Part shown: positions 43,845-52,723 of the stretch, piece by piece
Position numbering within the stretch: position 1 is the stretch's first letter
How the letters are laid out: every line of letters begins with the position of its first letter
Assembly: GCA_963749595.1 (NCBI GenBank)
Contig: CAVVNJ010000002.1
Location: 32,606 to 96,605, forward strand
DNA: 64,000 nt
Source: Candidatus Woesebacteria bacterium
GTDB lineage: Bacteria > Patescibacteriota > Microgenomatia > UBA1400 > UBA1396
Direction: 5' to 3'
The notes under the pieces: generated by a model
What the model was told of the DNA's origin: nothing
Seen by the model: the letters and a program-made list of their open reading frames with translations, nothing else
Databases searched by the model: none
Position numbers and translations under genes: made by a program

Positions 43845-44327
43845 ATGACCCGATTTTCGCAACTGTTGGTTTTAGGCGGCACGGCCCTCTTGCTAACCGC
43901 TTGCGCTCCCCAAAGCGCCACTCCCGCCATTACGCCAACCTCGCCACCTGAGGCCGCGGCGCCTGAAGTTTCGCCGCCCACGGAAAAAATATCCATGATG
44001 AAACAAGACGGTATTACCGTTACCATGAACGCTCAAAATGATTCCGGCCAAGCTGGAACCGCGGTTTTGCAGGAAGTGGACGGACAAGTGAAGGTAACAA
44101 TCAATCTGCCGAAGTTGGCTAATGACCGGCAGCCGGCCCACATCCACATTGGCGCTTGTCCATCTCCCGGAGCCGTGCAGTATCCACTTCAGGAGGTGGT
44201 CGCCGGCAAATCTACCACGGTGATCGCGGTCGACGCCGAAACGTTACTGTCCCAGCTTCCGCTGGCAGTCAATGTTCATAAGTCTGCCACCGAAGCCAGT
44301 GTTTACACTTCCTGCGGCGATCTCTAA
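43845..44327 (+). CDS. Lipoprotein with CHRD/Cu-Zn-SOD-like HIHxGxC motif, function unknown
   Basis: 160 aa with lipobox LLLTAC and QPAHIHIGACPSPGAVQYPL. Confidence 0.55.
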   Translation: MTRFSQLLVLGGTALLLTACAPQSATPAITPTSPPEAAAPEVSPPTEKISMMKQDGITVTMNAQNDSGQAGTAVLQEVDGQVKVTINLPKLANDRQPAHIHIGACPSPGAVQYPLQEVVAGKSTTVIAVDAETLLSQLPLAVNVHKSATEASVYTSCGDL

Positions 44328-44384
44328 AGGGTAAAGCCTGGAAGGTTTAACCCTCGCTTCAATCACCCCTGGAGGGTTTAACCT

Positions 44385-45611
44385 TCAGAGAAACTGGTAC
44401 TGCTTGTCGCCCAGGTAACCGGTCACTTCCGGACGAATGATCAGCTGGCTGGCCAAAACGCCTGAGCGCAGCGTGAACAGGCCGTATTTATCGCTGATCT
44501 GGTCCATCGCCTGGCTTAAACGTTCGTTGCGCTCCCACTGCGGGAACCAGGACTGCGGGGTATCGGTTTCCGCTTTCAGCATGCCCAAACTTACCCAGTA
44601 ACGGATCACCGGAAAACTGCGCTGCCAGGAAAGATAAAACTGATGATAAAGCAAATCGAATAAGTCACTGGTGTGGCGGATGTATCTTTTTAGTGTCTGG
44701 TGCCGGAACCAGGATTGGTCGTCGCCGGACAAACCGATGGCTGCATACCGCCCGGACATCCCCAATCGCCGAGTCTTGTAAGTCACTTCCTCCATTAGGT
44801 TGTACAGCACCCGCTTGATCGCGTCCTCGTCCTGGCAGAGTTGATATCCTGTGGTCGAGCGGCTGACGCTTTTCATCGGTTGGACGTCGTCGACCCGTTC
44901 CAAATGGGCAGGTTCCTGGCCAAGACTCATTTTGCGCAACTCCACGCTCCAAAAAGGACCAAACTCCCGCTCCAAGTCATCATTGGGAATCAGGCGGATA
45001 AGATAAGGATTATTAGCTCCCAGCCGATTCAGGCGCCGTCCAAGCCGTGGCCCGATCCCACAAACATCGTCAAAAGACACACTAGCCAGGATTTCATCGC
45101 GGTTCTGCTCATTAATTTCCGAAACCGAGCCCTTGGGCGCGATTTCGCCGGACATTTTCGCCAAAAACCGATTTGGCCCCAGACCGACGTTACAGGTTAC
45201 CCAGTCGCCCAACTCGGCTTTTACGCGCCGCTGAATTTCCCGCCCCAGTCGATGAGGATCGGGATAAATCCGGACGCAATCGCGTAAATCAAGGAAAGCT
45301 TCGTCCAGCGAAAAAACCTCAACGTTGGGTACTAAAGAATTAAAAATCTGGACCAGGCGTTTGGTCGCCGCCAGGCAACGGTCGAACGGCGCGGCGACAA
45401 AAACAATGCCCTGTGCCAGCCGCTCCGCCTCACTCCGGGAGCAACCGGTTTTCACGCCGTAAGTTTTAGCCTCCTTGGAAGCGGCAATAACGCAGGTACG
45501 GCCCATTTCTTTAAGCACGCCCACCGGCCGTCCGCGCAGGGCTGGATTTTCCTGCTGCAGCAAGGTCGCGAAATAGGAATTGATGTCAACATGCAGCCAG
45601 TCAGCCCTCAC
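44385..45611 (-). CDS. dinB: DNA polymerase IV (Y-family translesion polymerase)
   Basis: 408 aa with HVDINSYFATLLQQENPALRGRPVGV, FSLDEAFLDL and other Y-family palm/finger patterns. Confidence 0.9.
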   Translation of the reverse strand: MRADWLHVDINSYFATLLQQENPALRGRPVGVLKEMGRTCVIAASKEAKTYGVKTGCSRSEAERLAQGIVFVAAPFDRCLAATKRLVQIFNSLVPNVEVFSLDEAFLDLRDCVRIYPDPHRLGREIQRRVKAELGDWVTCNVGLGPNRFLAKMSGEIAPKGSVSEINEQNRDEILASVSFDDVCGIGPRLGRRLNRLGANNPYLIRLIPNDDLEREFGPFWSVELRKMSLGQEPAHLERVDDVQPMKSVSRSTTGYQLCQDEDAIKRVLYNLMEEVTYKTRRLGMSGRYAAIGLSGDDQSWFRHQTLKRYIRHTSDLFDLLYHQFYLSWQRSFPVIRYWVSLGMLKAETDTPQSWFPQWERNERLSQAMDQISDKYGLFTLRSGVLASQLIIRPEVTGYLGDKQYQFL

Positions 45612-45849
45612 ACCAAACCTCCTCCAGCCACCAGGTTTCCGCCTCCCGCTGGAAAGCTAGCCGATACAGATTACCGCCAGCCACCAGGGAATACTGCCGC
45701 CAACGAACCCCACCGTCCTTGGTATCGGCCACGAAAGTCACCTGTTCTACCGGTAGATTTTTGCTTCCCCAGCGCATTTTTTTGGGCCAGAACTTACCCT
45801 GATCGAACACGCCGGCCACCGCAACTTTTTCGTGTATTGTTTGGTACAT
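45601..45849 (-). CDS. Small hypothetical protein translationally coupled to dinB (82 aa)
   Basis: I trimmed ORF 45601..45876 to the ATG at 45849 (MYQTIHEKVAV...WWLEEVWCEG). It overlaps the dinB start by 11 nt. Confidence 0.45.
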   Translation of the reverse strand: MYQTIHEKVAVAGVFDQGKFWPKKMRWGSKNLPVEQVTFVADTKDGGVRWRQYSLVAGGNLYRLAFQREAETWWLEEVWCEG

Positions 45850-45934
45850 GGATTCACTGTAACACGAAGAAAACAAGAAGCGTCAAGAGCGATTGTAATA
45901 ATTTTGTAAGATTTGTCTGGCATGATATCGACGT

Positions 45935-46000
45935 GGGCCTGCTGGGCGGGCGCGGGGACCTGTCATTTCCGGCGCAGGGGTTCAACTCCCCTCAGGTCCA
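45935..46000 (+). other. tRNA-like element (acceptor stem with G3-U70, canonical T-arm, reduced D region), not a canonical tRNA
   Basis: GGGCCTG(45935-41) CTGGGCGGGCGC GGGGA CCTGTCA TTTCC GGCGC AGGGG TTCAACT CCCCT CAGGTCC(45993-99) A. An alternative perfect partner for the 3' strand, GGACCTG, lies at 45956-45962. No CCA is encoded (CGA follows). Confidence 0.3.
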
Positions 46001-46090
46001 CGACTGATTCTTGACAGAATATGGTTTATTGCTATCCTATAAGCAGACAGGTTCCCCAATCTAGAAATAGATTGTTGGAGATGCAAGAAG

Positions 46091-46112
46091 CCACTCGCAA
46101 GAGTGGTTTTTT
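46091..46112 (+). terminator. Rho-independent terminator-like hairpin with the T-tract on the plus strand
   Basis: ccactc-GCAA-gagtgg followed by tttttt. It lies 9 nt beyond the argS stop (minus strand), but the U-tract orientation fits a plus-strand transcript. It may act in both directions. Confidence 0.55.
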
Positions 46113-46120
46113 GTTGAAAA

Positions 46121-47980
46121 CTACATTTTATTAACGGCCTCGATACCCAAAAGAGCTAACCCATTTTTCAGAATCTGAGCGGTGGCCGCGGTCAACTGCA
46201 AACGCAGCAGCCGGGTCGGCTCGTCTTCCGCCATTAGAATCGAATGCTTATTGTAAAAAACATTAAAACGCTGGGCCAAAGTAAAGAGAAAACCTGCCAA
46301 ACTATTAGGCGAATATTCTAAGCCTGCTTGCAGCACTACCTCAGGGAAACGGTACAACCAACGTAACAGATCCAGCTCTTCAAGCTGGAAGGTCAGACCT
46401 TCCAGGCTAATCGGCTGAAGCTCCTTGGCCTGCGCCAAAACTGATCGGCAGCGGGCGTGGGTATATTCCAGGTAGGGTCCGGAATCACCCTCGATAGTCA
46501 GAGAAGTTTCAAAATCAAAGGCCGTGTTGGTCATCCGCCCAACTTTAAGAATGCTGTATTTCACGGCCGCCAGAGCAACTTTTTCGGACACTATTTCTGG
46601 ATTTTCGCCACTAAGGCGCTGCGAATCCATCTTGGCCAGTATTTCCGCCTTGGCCGTGTCGATCAGGTCATCAATATAAACCACATTACCCAAGCGAGAG
46701 CTCATCTTGCCCTGACCTTTGATACTCATGTGGCCATAAGAGATGTGTCCGTAATCGGTCACTTTGCCTTGACCTAGTTGCTCGCAAACCGCGAACATTT
46801 GCTTCAAAGCCAGAGCTTGTTCCGGACCGACCACCCAAAATAATTTATCCGGATGAAAAGTATCCCGCTTCAGCTGAGTCAGCGCCAAATCCTGAGTGAT
46901 ATAAAGAGCGGTGCCGTCAGACTTTTCCACGATCGTGTCAGTCAGGCCGAACTTCTCCAAATCAGTCAGGATCGCCCCGTCACCAAGTCGGTGGAAAACG
47001 CCATTTTTTAGCCCCTTTTGCACCAAATCCTTGCCACGTTGATAGTGTTCATGCTCGTGCCAAACCTTATCCCAGTGTGAACCCAGCCGGGCAAGGGTTA
47101 GCTGCTGGCCTTCATAAACGTAATCCAGCACTTTCTGCCAGAGCGCCCAGTTTTTGGCTTCGTGATTTTCCCAGTCGACCACCATTTGCCGCACTTGTTT
47201 TTCAACCTCGGGATTTTTGAAGTCCTCCGCCGCCTTGGCGTACAACTCGTCCATGAACCGATCCGGGCGCTGGCCTTTTTGGTCCGGAGTCAACCATTCA
47301 TCTTGATGGGCAAACCAATAATCGATTTTGGTTTTATCCTGGCTGGCGCGGTGGGCAAATTTCAAGTAACCCCACATCAGCTTGGCGATAGCAATGCCGC
47401 GGTTGTTGTCAATGCAGTCGCGCACCACACTAACGCCCATAAATTCCCAGATATTGCCCAGGGCCATACCTAGCACATTATTGCGCAAATGACCCAAATG
47501 CATGGCCTTATTCGGGTTAGGGGAGGTGTGCTCGATCAGCCATAACTGGCCCTTCCCCCAGTCACTCCGGCCAAAATCCTCGCCTTCCTGAACAATGCGG
47601 TTGAGTTGATCGACAAAGTAATTGGTTTTCAGAAAAAGATTGATAAATCCCGGACCGGCCACTTCAACTTTTTCGATTAAATCCGATTGCTTGATCTGAG
47701 CGGCAATGGCTTCGGCCAAGGCACGGGGCGTAGCAAAATCTTGATTACCATTGGCCTGTAAACGGCCAAATAGTTTCAAAGCTACGTTGGTGGAGAAGTC
47801 TCCGTGTTGCTCCTGAATCGGATGCTCTAATGCCAGTTCAGAACGATCAACGTTTATTCCAAGTTGAGTCAAAACAATCAAGAAAATGTCGACTATCGTC
47901 TTAGCTGGTACCTTGGCCATAGCTTGATTATAACCTGGAAATTGAGTCTTCACGCCAACAACCAAATTGGTATACTCCAC
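46121..47980 (-). CDS. argS: Arginyl-tRNA synthetase
   Basis: 619 aa with HIGH-type motif SPNPNKAMHLGHLRN, a class I core and the C-terminal DALR anticodon-binding pattern. The start is uncertain (alternative ATG at 47917). Confidence 0.93.
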   Translation of the reverse strand: MEYTNLVVGVKTQFPGYNQAMAKVPAKTIVDIFLIVLTQLGINVDRSELALEHPIQEQHGDFSTNVALKLFGRLQANGNQDFATPRALAEAIAAQIKQSDLIEKVEVAGPGFINLFLKTNYFVDQLNRIVQEGEDFGRSDWGKGQLWLIEHTSPNPNKAMHLGHLRNNVLGMALGNIWEFMGVSVVRDCIDNNRGIAIAKLMWGYLKFAHRASQDKTKIDYWFAHQDEWLTPDQKGQRPDRFMDELYAKAAEDFKNPEVEKQVRQMVVDWENHEAKNWALWQKVLDYVYEGQQLTLARLGSHWDKVWHEHEHYQRGKDLVQKGLKNGVFHRLGDGAILTDLEKFGLTDTIVEKSDGTALYITQDLALTQLKRDTFHPDKLFWVVGPEQALALKQMFAVCEQLGQGKVTDYGHISYGHMSIKGQGKMSSRLGNVVYIDDLIDTAKAEILAKMDSQRLSGENPEIVSEKVALAAVKYSILKVGRMTNTAFDFETSLTIEGDSGPYLEYTHARCRSVLAQAKELQPISLEGLTFQLEELDLLRWLYRFPEVVLQAGLEYSPNSLAGFLFTLAQRFNVFYNKHSILMAEDEPTRLLRLQLTAATAQILKNGLALLGIEAVNKM

Positions 47981-47985
47981 TAACT

Positions 47986-48744
47986 ATGGAACAACCCAAA
48001 TCCGGCTTGGCCGAAATCCTCAACCGCTACCTCACTACTTCGTTGTTAGTTGCGGCTGCCTTTATCATCGGCATGCTCGTCACCGAAGTCCGTTACTTGA
48101 AGAAAGGCGCTCCGGTTCAAGCTGGCGCTAATGATCAGGCTGCCGCTCAAGCGACCCCGCCGCCGATGGAAATCTGGACCGAGGATCAATTGAAGAAAGT
48201 CATTCCGGTCACTGACGCTGATAATATTCGTGGCAATAAAGATGCCAAGCTGACACTAATTGAGTATTCTGATTTTGAATGTCCTTACTGCCAGCGCTTT
48301 GTTAGCACTTTGGACCAAATTCAGAAAGAGTTCGGCGATCAGGTGCGAATTGTCTTTCGCCATTATCCTTTGAGCTTCCATCCATTCGCCCAAAAAGCGG
48401 CCGAGGCCTCCGAGTGTGCCGCCAAACAGGGTGGCGACGAGGTCTTTTGGAAATTCCATGACCTCTATTACGAACGAACCACGGCTAACGGCTCGGGTTT
48501 CCCACAAGAAAAACTAGCTGATCTTGCCGCCGAGGCCGGAGCCAAAGACAAGGGCGCTTTCCAAAAGTGTCTGGATTCCGATGAAATGGCCCAGAAAGTC
48601 AAGGATCAATTGGACTCCGGTGCTGCCGTTGGCATCCAGGGCACTCCTGGCACGATCGTCATAACTAAAGACGGCAAGGGTGGATTCATTTCCGGAGCGC
48701 TGCCATTGGAATTGATTAAGCCGGAGCTGGAAAAGTTCCTTTAA
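47986..48744 (+). CDS. DsbA-like thiol:disulfide oxidoreductase, membrane-anchored
   Basis: 252 aa with an N-terminal TM segment (LLVAAAFIIGMLV) and thioredoxin-fold active site FECPYCQRF. Confidence 0.8.
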   Translation: MEQPKSGLAEILNRYLTTSLLVAAAFIIGMLVTEVRYLKKGAPVQAGANDQAAAQATPPPMEIWTEDQLKKVIPVTDADNIRGNKDAKLTLIEYSDFECPYCQRFVSTLDQIQKEFGDQVRIVFRHYPLSFHPFAQKAAEASECAAKQGGDEVFWKFHDLYYERTTANGSGFPQEKLADLAAEAGAKDKGAFQKCLDSDEMAQKVKDQLDSGAAVGIQGTPGTIVITKDGKGGFISGALPLELIKPELEKFL

Positions 48745-48775
48745 GTTAAGCTACTAGCTCTGGCAATATTTGCGT

Positions 48776-48798
48776 CTGGCGGGGCATATCCCCGCCAG
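48776..48798 (+). terminator. GC-rich hairpin downstream of the dsbA-like gene (possible terminator, no clear U-tract)
   Basis: ctggcgggg-catat-ccccgccag, a perfect 9-bp stem 30 nt after the stop codon. Confidence 0.35.
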
Positions 48799-48967
48799 CC
48801 ATTTGCTCTACAGATTCCCCCGAATAAGGACCGTGGACAGTCCAGCTGCCTGGGTTATTCGGGGTCTTTTCCCCTTTGGCCAAAATAGGGATGGTTTAGG
48901 GTCATTTTCTGGCCAGTCCGGGCAAGGATCGGTTAACTTAAGTCCGGTCGATCCTGATCTGAAAGAT

Positions 48968-49021
48968 AAGTACTATTTAAGTACTATTAATGAGCATTAG
49001 AGTTTGTTGTACATATGTACA
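48968..49021. repeat. GTAC-containing repeats: 11-nt tandem pair plus a 14-bp perfect palindrome
   Basis: aagtactattt and aagtactatta are tandem at 48968-48989. tgtacatatgtaca at 49008-49021 is self-complementary. Both lie between convergent gene ends. Confidence 0.75.
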
Positions 49022-49066
49022 TATTGTCTTAGGGCCATGAGCTGACCCTTTCGTCTCATCGGTGGG

Positions 49067-49534
49067 TCAAACCCCTGGAGTTCGCGCGGCAACTGATTGG
49101 AGAATTCTCAGGGCTTCCGCATAGTTCTCACGGTGAAACCAAAGTTCAGCTTGCGCCAGTTGCTGGGAGGCAAAAGCTTCTTGCGCATAACGCTGTTTCA
49201 AATCGTTAAGAAATTCTTCCAGTACCTCATGCTTCATCTGGGCGGTCTTGTCGAGCAGGATTTGATCAAGGTCGGCAACTTTCTCATGCAACCAAGCCAA
49301 CAAATCAGTTTGTCTCGCTATCATAGGCTTTAATTCGTCAGTCAGCATTTGTTTGGCTTGACTCAAGTCTTCCGGAGAAAGTCGAGTAACCAAGTCAGTG
49401 TCGACTAAATCCTGAATTAACAAATTTTGGGCTTCTTCCAAAATTTGGTTCTTCTCGACCTCATCGGTACCGGCATAGCCAAGTAGCTGAAAAATGTCCA
49501 TGGATTGGAGAGCATCACGGGCGGCTGGGGTCAT
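49067..49534 (-). CDS. Hypothetical protein (155 aa, helical)
   Basis: Uninterrupted ORF starting 1 nt after the stop of the upstream gene. No domain recognised. Confidence 0.55.
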   Translation of the reverse strand: MTPAARDALQSMDIFQLLGYAGTDEVEKNQILEEAQNLLIQDLVDTDLVTRLSPEDLSQAKQMLTDELKPMIARQTDLLAWLHEKVADLDQILLDKTAQMKHEVLEEFLNDLKQRYAQEAFASQQLAQAELWFHRENYAEALRILQSVAARTPGV

Positions 49535-49535
49535 A

Positions 49536-50102
49536 TTATTTTCCTCTTTCCTTCATCCAAGCCGTCAGCCTTCTGCCCAGACTTGACGATGCTGGTTCGG
49601 GTTTCGAGAGCTGTTCATCAGCATCAGCATCAGCCTGAGGAACTTCTCCACTCAAGACCATCGGGGCAGCTGCATCAATGGTTGGCATCGGCGATTGTCC
49701 ATACTGGGTCGTATCCCAAAATGGTCGATTTTGAGCCCGCGCCACTATCGGGCTATTTTCCGCGGTGTAAAGAATCGGCTCAGTACTGGGCACGAATGGA
49801 GCAGCCGGGGATTCAGCTTGTGGTGATTGTTGCCAAGGATTTATTGCTGGTTCCGGCGCTACCAAACCAAGTCCAGGTGGAGCGGTCAACGCTCGAGGGG
49901 AATCGGCCGGGGACGATATGGGCTCACCAGTATTCAATCCGGCCTGTTGGCTCAGCAATTGACTCCGCTTTTCCTGTAAAGAATTATTCTCATCCCTTAA
50001 TTTTGCCAACTGAACATTTATCTCCCGTTGCTTCCGGTCATTGTCGGCAAGTTGTGCCTCAATAACTTTCATCTCGTCATTTGGTTGGTCAGTTTCGCCC
50101 AT
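49536..50102 (-). CDS. Hypothetical protein (188 aa; N-terminal coiled coil, P/A/S-rich C-terminal half)
   Basis: Uninterrupted ORF, first gene of a two-gene unit. Confidence 0.55.
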   Translation of the reverse strand: MGETDQPNDEMKVIEAQLADNDRKQREINVQLAKLRDENNSLQEKRSQLLSQQAGLNTGEPISSPADSPRALTAPPGLGLVAPEPAINPWQQSPQAESPAAPFVPSTEPILYTAENSPIVARAQNRPFWDTTQYGQSPMPTIDAAAPMVLSGEVPQADADADEQLSKPEPASSSLGRRLTAWMKERGK

Positions 50103-50201
50103 GTTTCCCTTTTCATTTTATCCGATATCCCATCTTAGAACAGTCCTTCCCGCCAAGACAAGAGGCGCCCGAATTGCCCCAACCATGGTACAATTTCCCC
50201 C

Positions 50202-52031
50202 ATGATCACCGCAACCGAATTGCGCCACCAGTTTCTCGATTTTTTCCGGGAAAAAGATCATGCCGTTATCCCTTCCGCTTCTCTGGTCCCCGATAACGAT
50301 CCAACCACACTTTTTATCACCGCCGGCATGCATCCCCTGGTACCCTATCTTTTGGGTCAACCCCACCCGGAAGGAAAGCGTCTGGTTGACGTCCAAAAAT
50401 GCGTCCGTACGGTCGATATCGAAGAAGTTGGAGATGTCACCCACTTCACCTTTTTCGAAATGTTGGGTAACTGGTCGCTCGGCGATTATTTCAAACGCGA
50501 GGCGATCGAATGGAGCTGGGAGTTTTTGACTTCCCCAAAATGGCTAGGCCTTAATCCGGAAAAATTATTCGTTTCCGTTTTTGCCGGCGACGCCGATGCC
50601 CCGCGCGATGATGAAGCAGCCGAAATCTGGAAATCAGTGCTAGCTAAAAGCGGCGTCAGCCAACCTGAAAAACGGATTTATTTCTACCCCAAATCCGAAA
50701 ACTGGTGGGGACCGGCCGGTCAAACCGGTCCCTGCGGGCCTGACACGGAAATTTTTTACTATACCGGTGAGGCGGACCCATTCGCGCCCGGATTCAATGA
50801 CGAGCCTTCGGCCGGCCAGAGCGCTTTTATCGAAATCTGGAATAACGTTTTCATGCAATACAATAAAAATGCCGATGGTAGTTTTGTGCCCCTGAAGCAA
50901 CATAATGTTGATACCGGACTCGGCCTGGAGAGAATGACTGCCATCTTGAACTGGTTGCAGGGGAATATTGCCGATCCCGATCCTTACACCACCGATTTGT
51001 TCCGCCCGATCATTGCCGAACTGGAAAAAATTTCGGGGCAGAGTTATGCGGATCTGGTTGCCCGGCGCTCAATGCGCATTGTGGCCGATCACTTGCGTTC
51101 GGTCATCTTTGTTATCCAGGACGGGGTCGTCCCAACCAACAAAGAACGCGGTTACGTGCTGCGCCGCTTGATCCGCCGCGCGGTCCGGGAATTATTCAAG
51201 TTGGGCGTACCGACCGAGAACTATCGAACGACGGTCGAGTCCTTGGTCGGTTTGTTCATTGCCAACTCGGAATACGATGAGGCATATCCGGAATTGGCCG
51301 TCAATCGCGAATCGATTACGGCCCTGATCTCGACCGAAGTGGAAAAATTCACTAAGACGCTCCGCAAGGGTCTGCACGAAATCGAAAAGTATCCGCAACT
51401 TGATGGCGAAATTGCTTTCCAGCTTTATCAGTCCTACGGTTTTCCGCTGGAAATGACTCAGGAAATTGCGATGGAACGGGGACAGACCGTTGACGCCGAC
51501 GGGTTCCGTTCAGAATTTATCAAACACCAGGAGTTATCCCGCCAATTATCCGCCGGCACGTTCAAGGGCGGACTGGCTGACCACTCGGAAGCCGCGACGC
51601 GTTTTCACACGGCCACCCATCTACTGCATGCGGCACTGCGCCGAGTATTGGGAGAATCGGTTCATCAGGAAGGCTCCAACATCACCTCTGACCGTCTGCG
51701 CTTTGATTTTTCTTACGACCGTCCGCTAGCCGATCAGGAAATCGAGCAAGTTGAAAATTGGATTAATCAGCAAATTAAACTCGACTTGGTAGTCACGAAG
51801 CAAACCATGCCCAAAGACAAAGCCCTCGCTTCTGGCGCGCTCGCCTTTTTCAAGGAAAAATACCCGGATACCGTTTCGGTTTACACCATCGGCGGAGAAG
51901 AGAACTGGATCAGCCGGGAATTGTGCGGCGGGCCCCATGTGAATCATACCGGTGAAATCGGACCAATTGAGATTTTCAAACAAAAACCGGTGAGTGCGGG
52001 CGTTCGCCGCCTTTATTTGCGATTTTCTTAA
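50202..52031 (+). CDS. alaS: Alanyl-tRNA synthetase, short form (catalytic + editing domains, no C-Ala domain)
   Basis: 609 aa. N-terminus MITATELRHQFLDFFREKDHAVIPSASLVP. FFEMLGNWSLGDYFK. Editing-site motifs HTATHLLHAAL and CGGPHV lie near the C-terminus. Confidence 0.93.
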   Translation: MITATELRHQFLDFFREKDHAVIPSASLVPDNDPTTLFITAGMHPLVPYLLGQPHPEGKRLVDVQKCVRTVDIEEVGDVTHFTFFEMLGNWSLGDYFKREAIEWSWEFLTSPKWLGLNPEKLFVSVFAGDADAPRDDEAAEIWKSVLAKSGVSQPEKRIYFYPKSENWWGPAGQTGPCGPDTEIFYYTGEADPFAPGFNDEPSAGQSAFIEIWNNVFMQYNKNADGSFVPLKQHNVDTGLGLERMTAILNWLQGNIADPDPYTTDLFRPIIAELEKISGQSYADLVARRSMRIVADHLRSVIFVIQDGVVPTNKERGYVLRRLIRRAVRELFKLGVPTENYRTTVESLVGLFIANSEYDEAYPELAVNRESITALISTEVEKFTKTLRKGLHEIEKYPQLDGEIAFQLYQSYGFPLEMTQEIAMERGQTVDADGFRSEFIKHQELSRQLSAGTFKGGLADHSEAATRFHTATHLLHAALRRVLGESVHQEGSNITSDRLRFDFSYDRPLADQEIEQVENWINQQIKLDLVVTKQTMPKDKALASGALAFFKEKYPDTVSVYTIGGEENWISRELCGGPHVNHTGEIGPIEIFKQKPVSAGVRRLYLRFS

Positions 52032-52032
52032 T

Positions 52033-52683
52033 ATGGAACAATCCTGGTTCAAACAATTTAAGATCGAAAGCCTAACACAACTTCATTCGCTTAAACCCTC
52101 GGAAGTGAAAATATTTCGAGATGAACCGGTTCCTGAGAATTTCACGATTGTCGTTCGCCCGGAAGATAAAATACTAACCGCAATCGAAAAAGAGATGTCT
52201 GCCTTAAAGAAAATCGAGCCGAATCAATTTTATTATCCCTTAAGCGATTTACATCTTACGCTTGTGGGTAATATTCCCACCACTATCGACCAGCAAAAAA
52301 TTACCATTGCCCTCGAGAGCATAATCAAGCATTATCAGCTGGAATTCAAACTCGAAGGTCTGGGTAGTAATAAGTATTGCTCCTCATTTTCTGCTTATCC
52401 GATCGATTTTTCGCTCCATAAGTTGAGAGAAGAACTGCGTTCCAGAATCGGTATTCATGGCGATAATTACCAAAACATTCTTCCCAGTTATGAATATGTC
52501 GGTTGGATCAACTACCTGCGTTACCTCCAAATCCCAGGGCAGAAATTTCTTAATCGACTTTATGAAAACAGGGGAGCGGTATTCGGACAATTTCGACCAA
52601 GCTCGGTCCAACTTTTTCGAAACACCAGTAAAGTGCTCGCCTCGCCTCAAGCTCAATTGATCACCGAAATCAGCTTAGTTTGA
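52033..52683 (+). CDS. Hypothetical protein (single HLTL motif; possible 2H-phosphoesterase-like, weak)
   Basis: I trimmed ORF 51994..52683 to the ATG at 52033. SDLHLTLVG resembles one H-x-T-x motif of 2H phosphoesterases. I could not find the second motif. Confidence 0.45.
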   Translation: MEQSWFKQFKIESLTQLHSLKPSEVKIFRDEPVPENFTIVVRPEDKILTAIEKEMSALKKIEPNQFYYPLSDLHLTLVGNIPTTIDQQKITIALESIIKHYQLEFKLEGLGSNKYCSSFSAYPIDFSLHKLREELRSRIGIHGDNYQNILPSYEYVGWINYLRYLQIPGQKFLNRLYENRGAVFGQFRPSSVQLFRNTSKVLASPQAQLITEISLV

Positions 52684-52723
52684 TCTTGCTTATCAGGCAA
52701 AAACTTGCTTCAATGGAACCAGT

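Noticed and set aside
45935-46000. Standard tmRNA, tRNA-Sec or tRNA-Thr(TGT) gene
   Set aside because: There is no mRNA-like tag ORF or pseudoknot region between the acceptor strands. There is no TCA anticodon, 8/5 fold or long variable arm for Sec. The anticodon-like loop CCTGTCA lacks U33 and purine-37, and the D-arm is missing. I kept it only as a tRNA-like element.
46045-46112. 17-codon ORF (ATGCAAGAAGCC...) upstream of the terminator hairpin
   Set aside because: GGAG abuts the ATG with no spacer, and the ORF runs through the terminator stem. It is more likely part of a non-coding transcript, if the region is transcribed at all.
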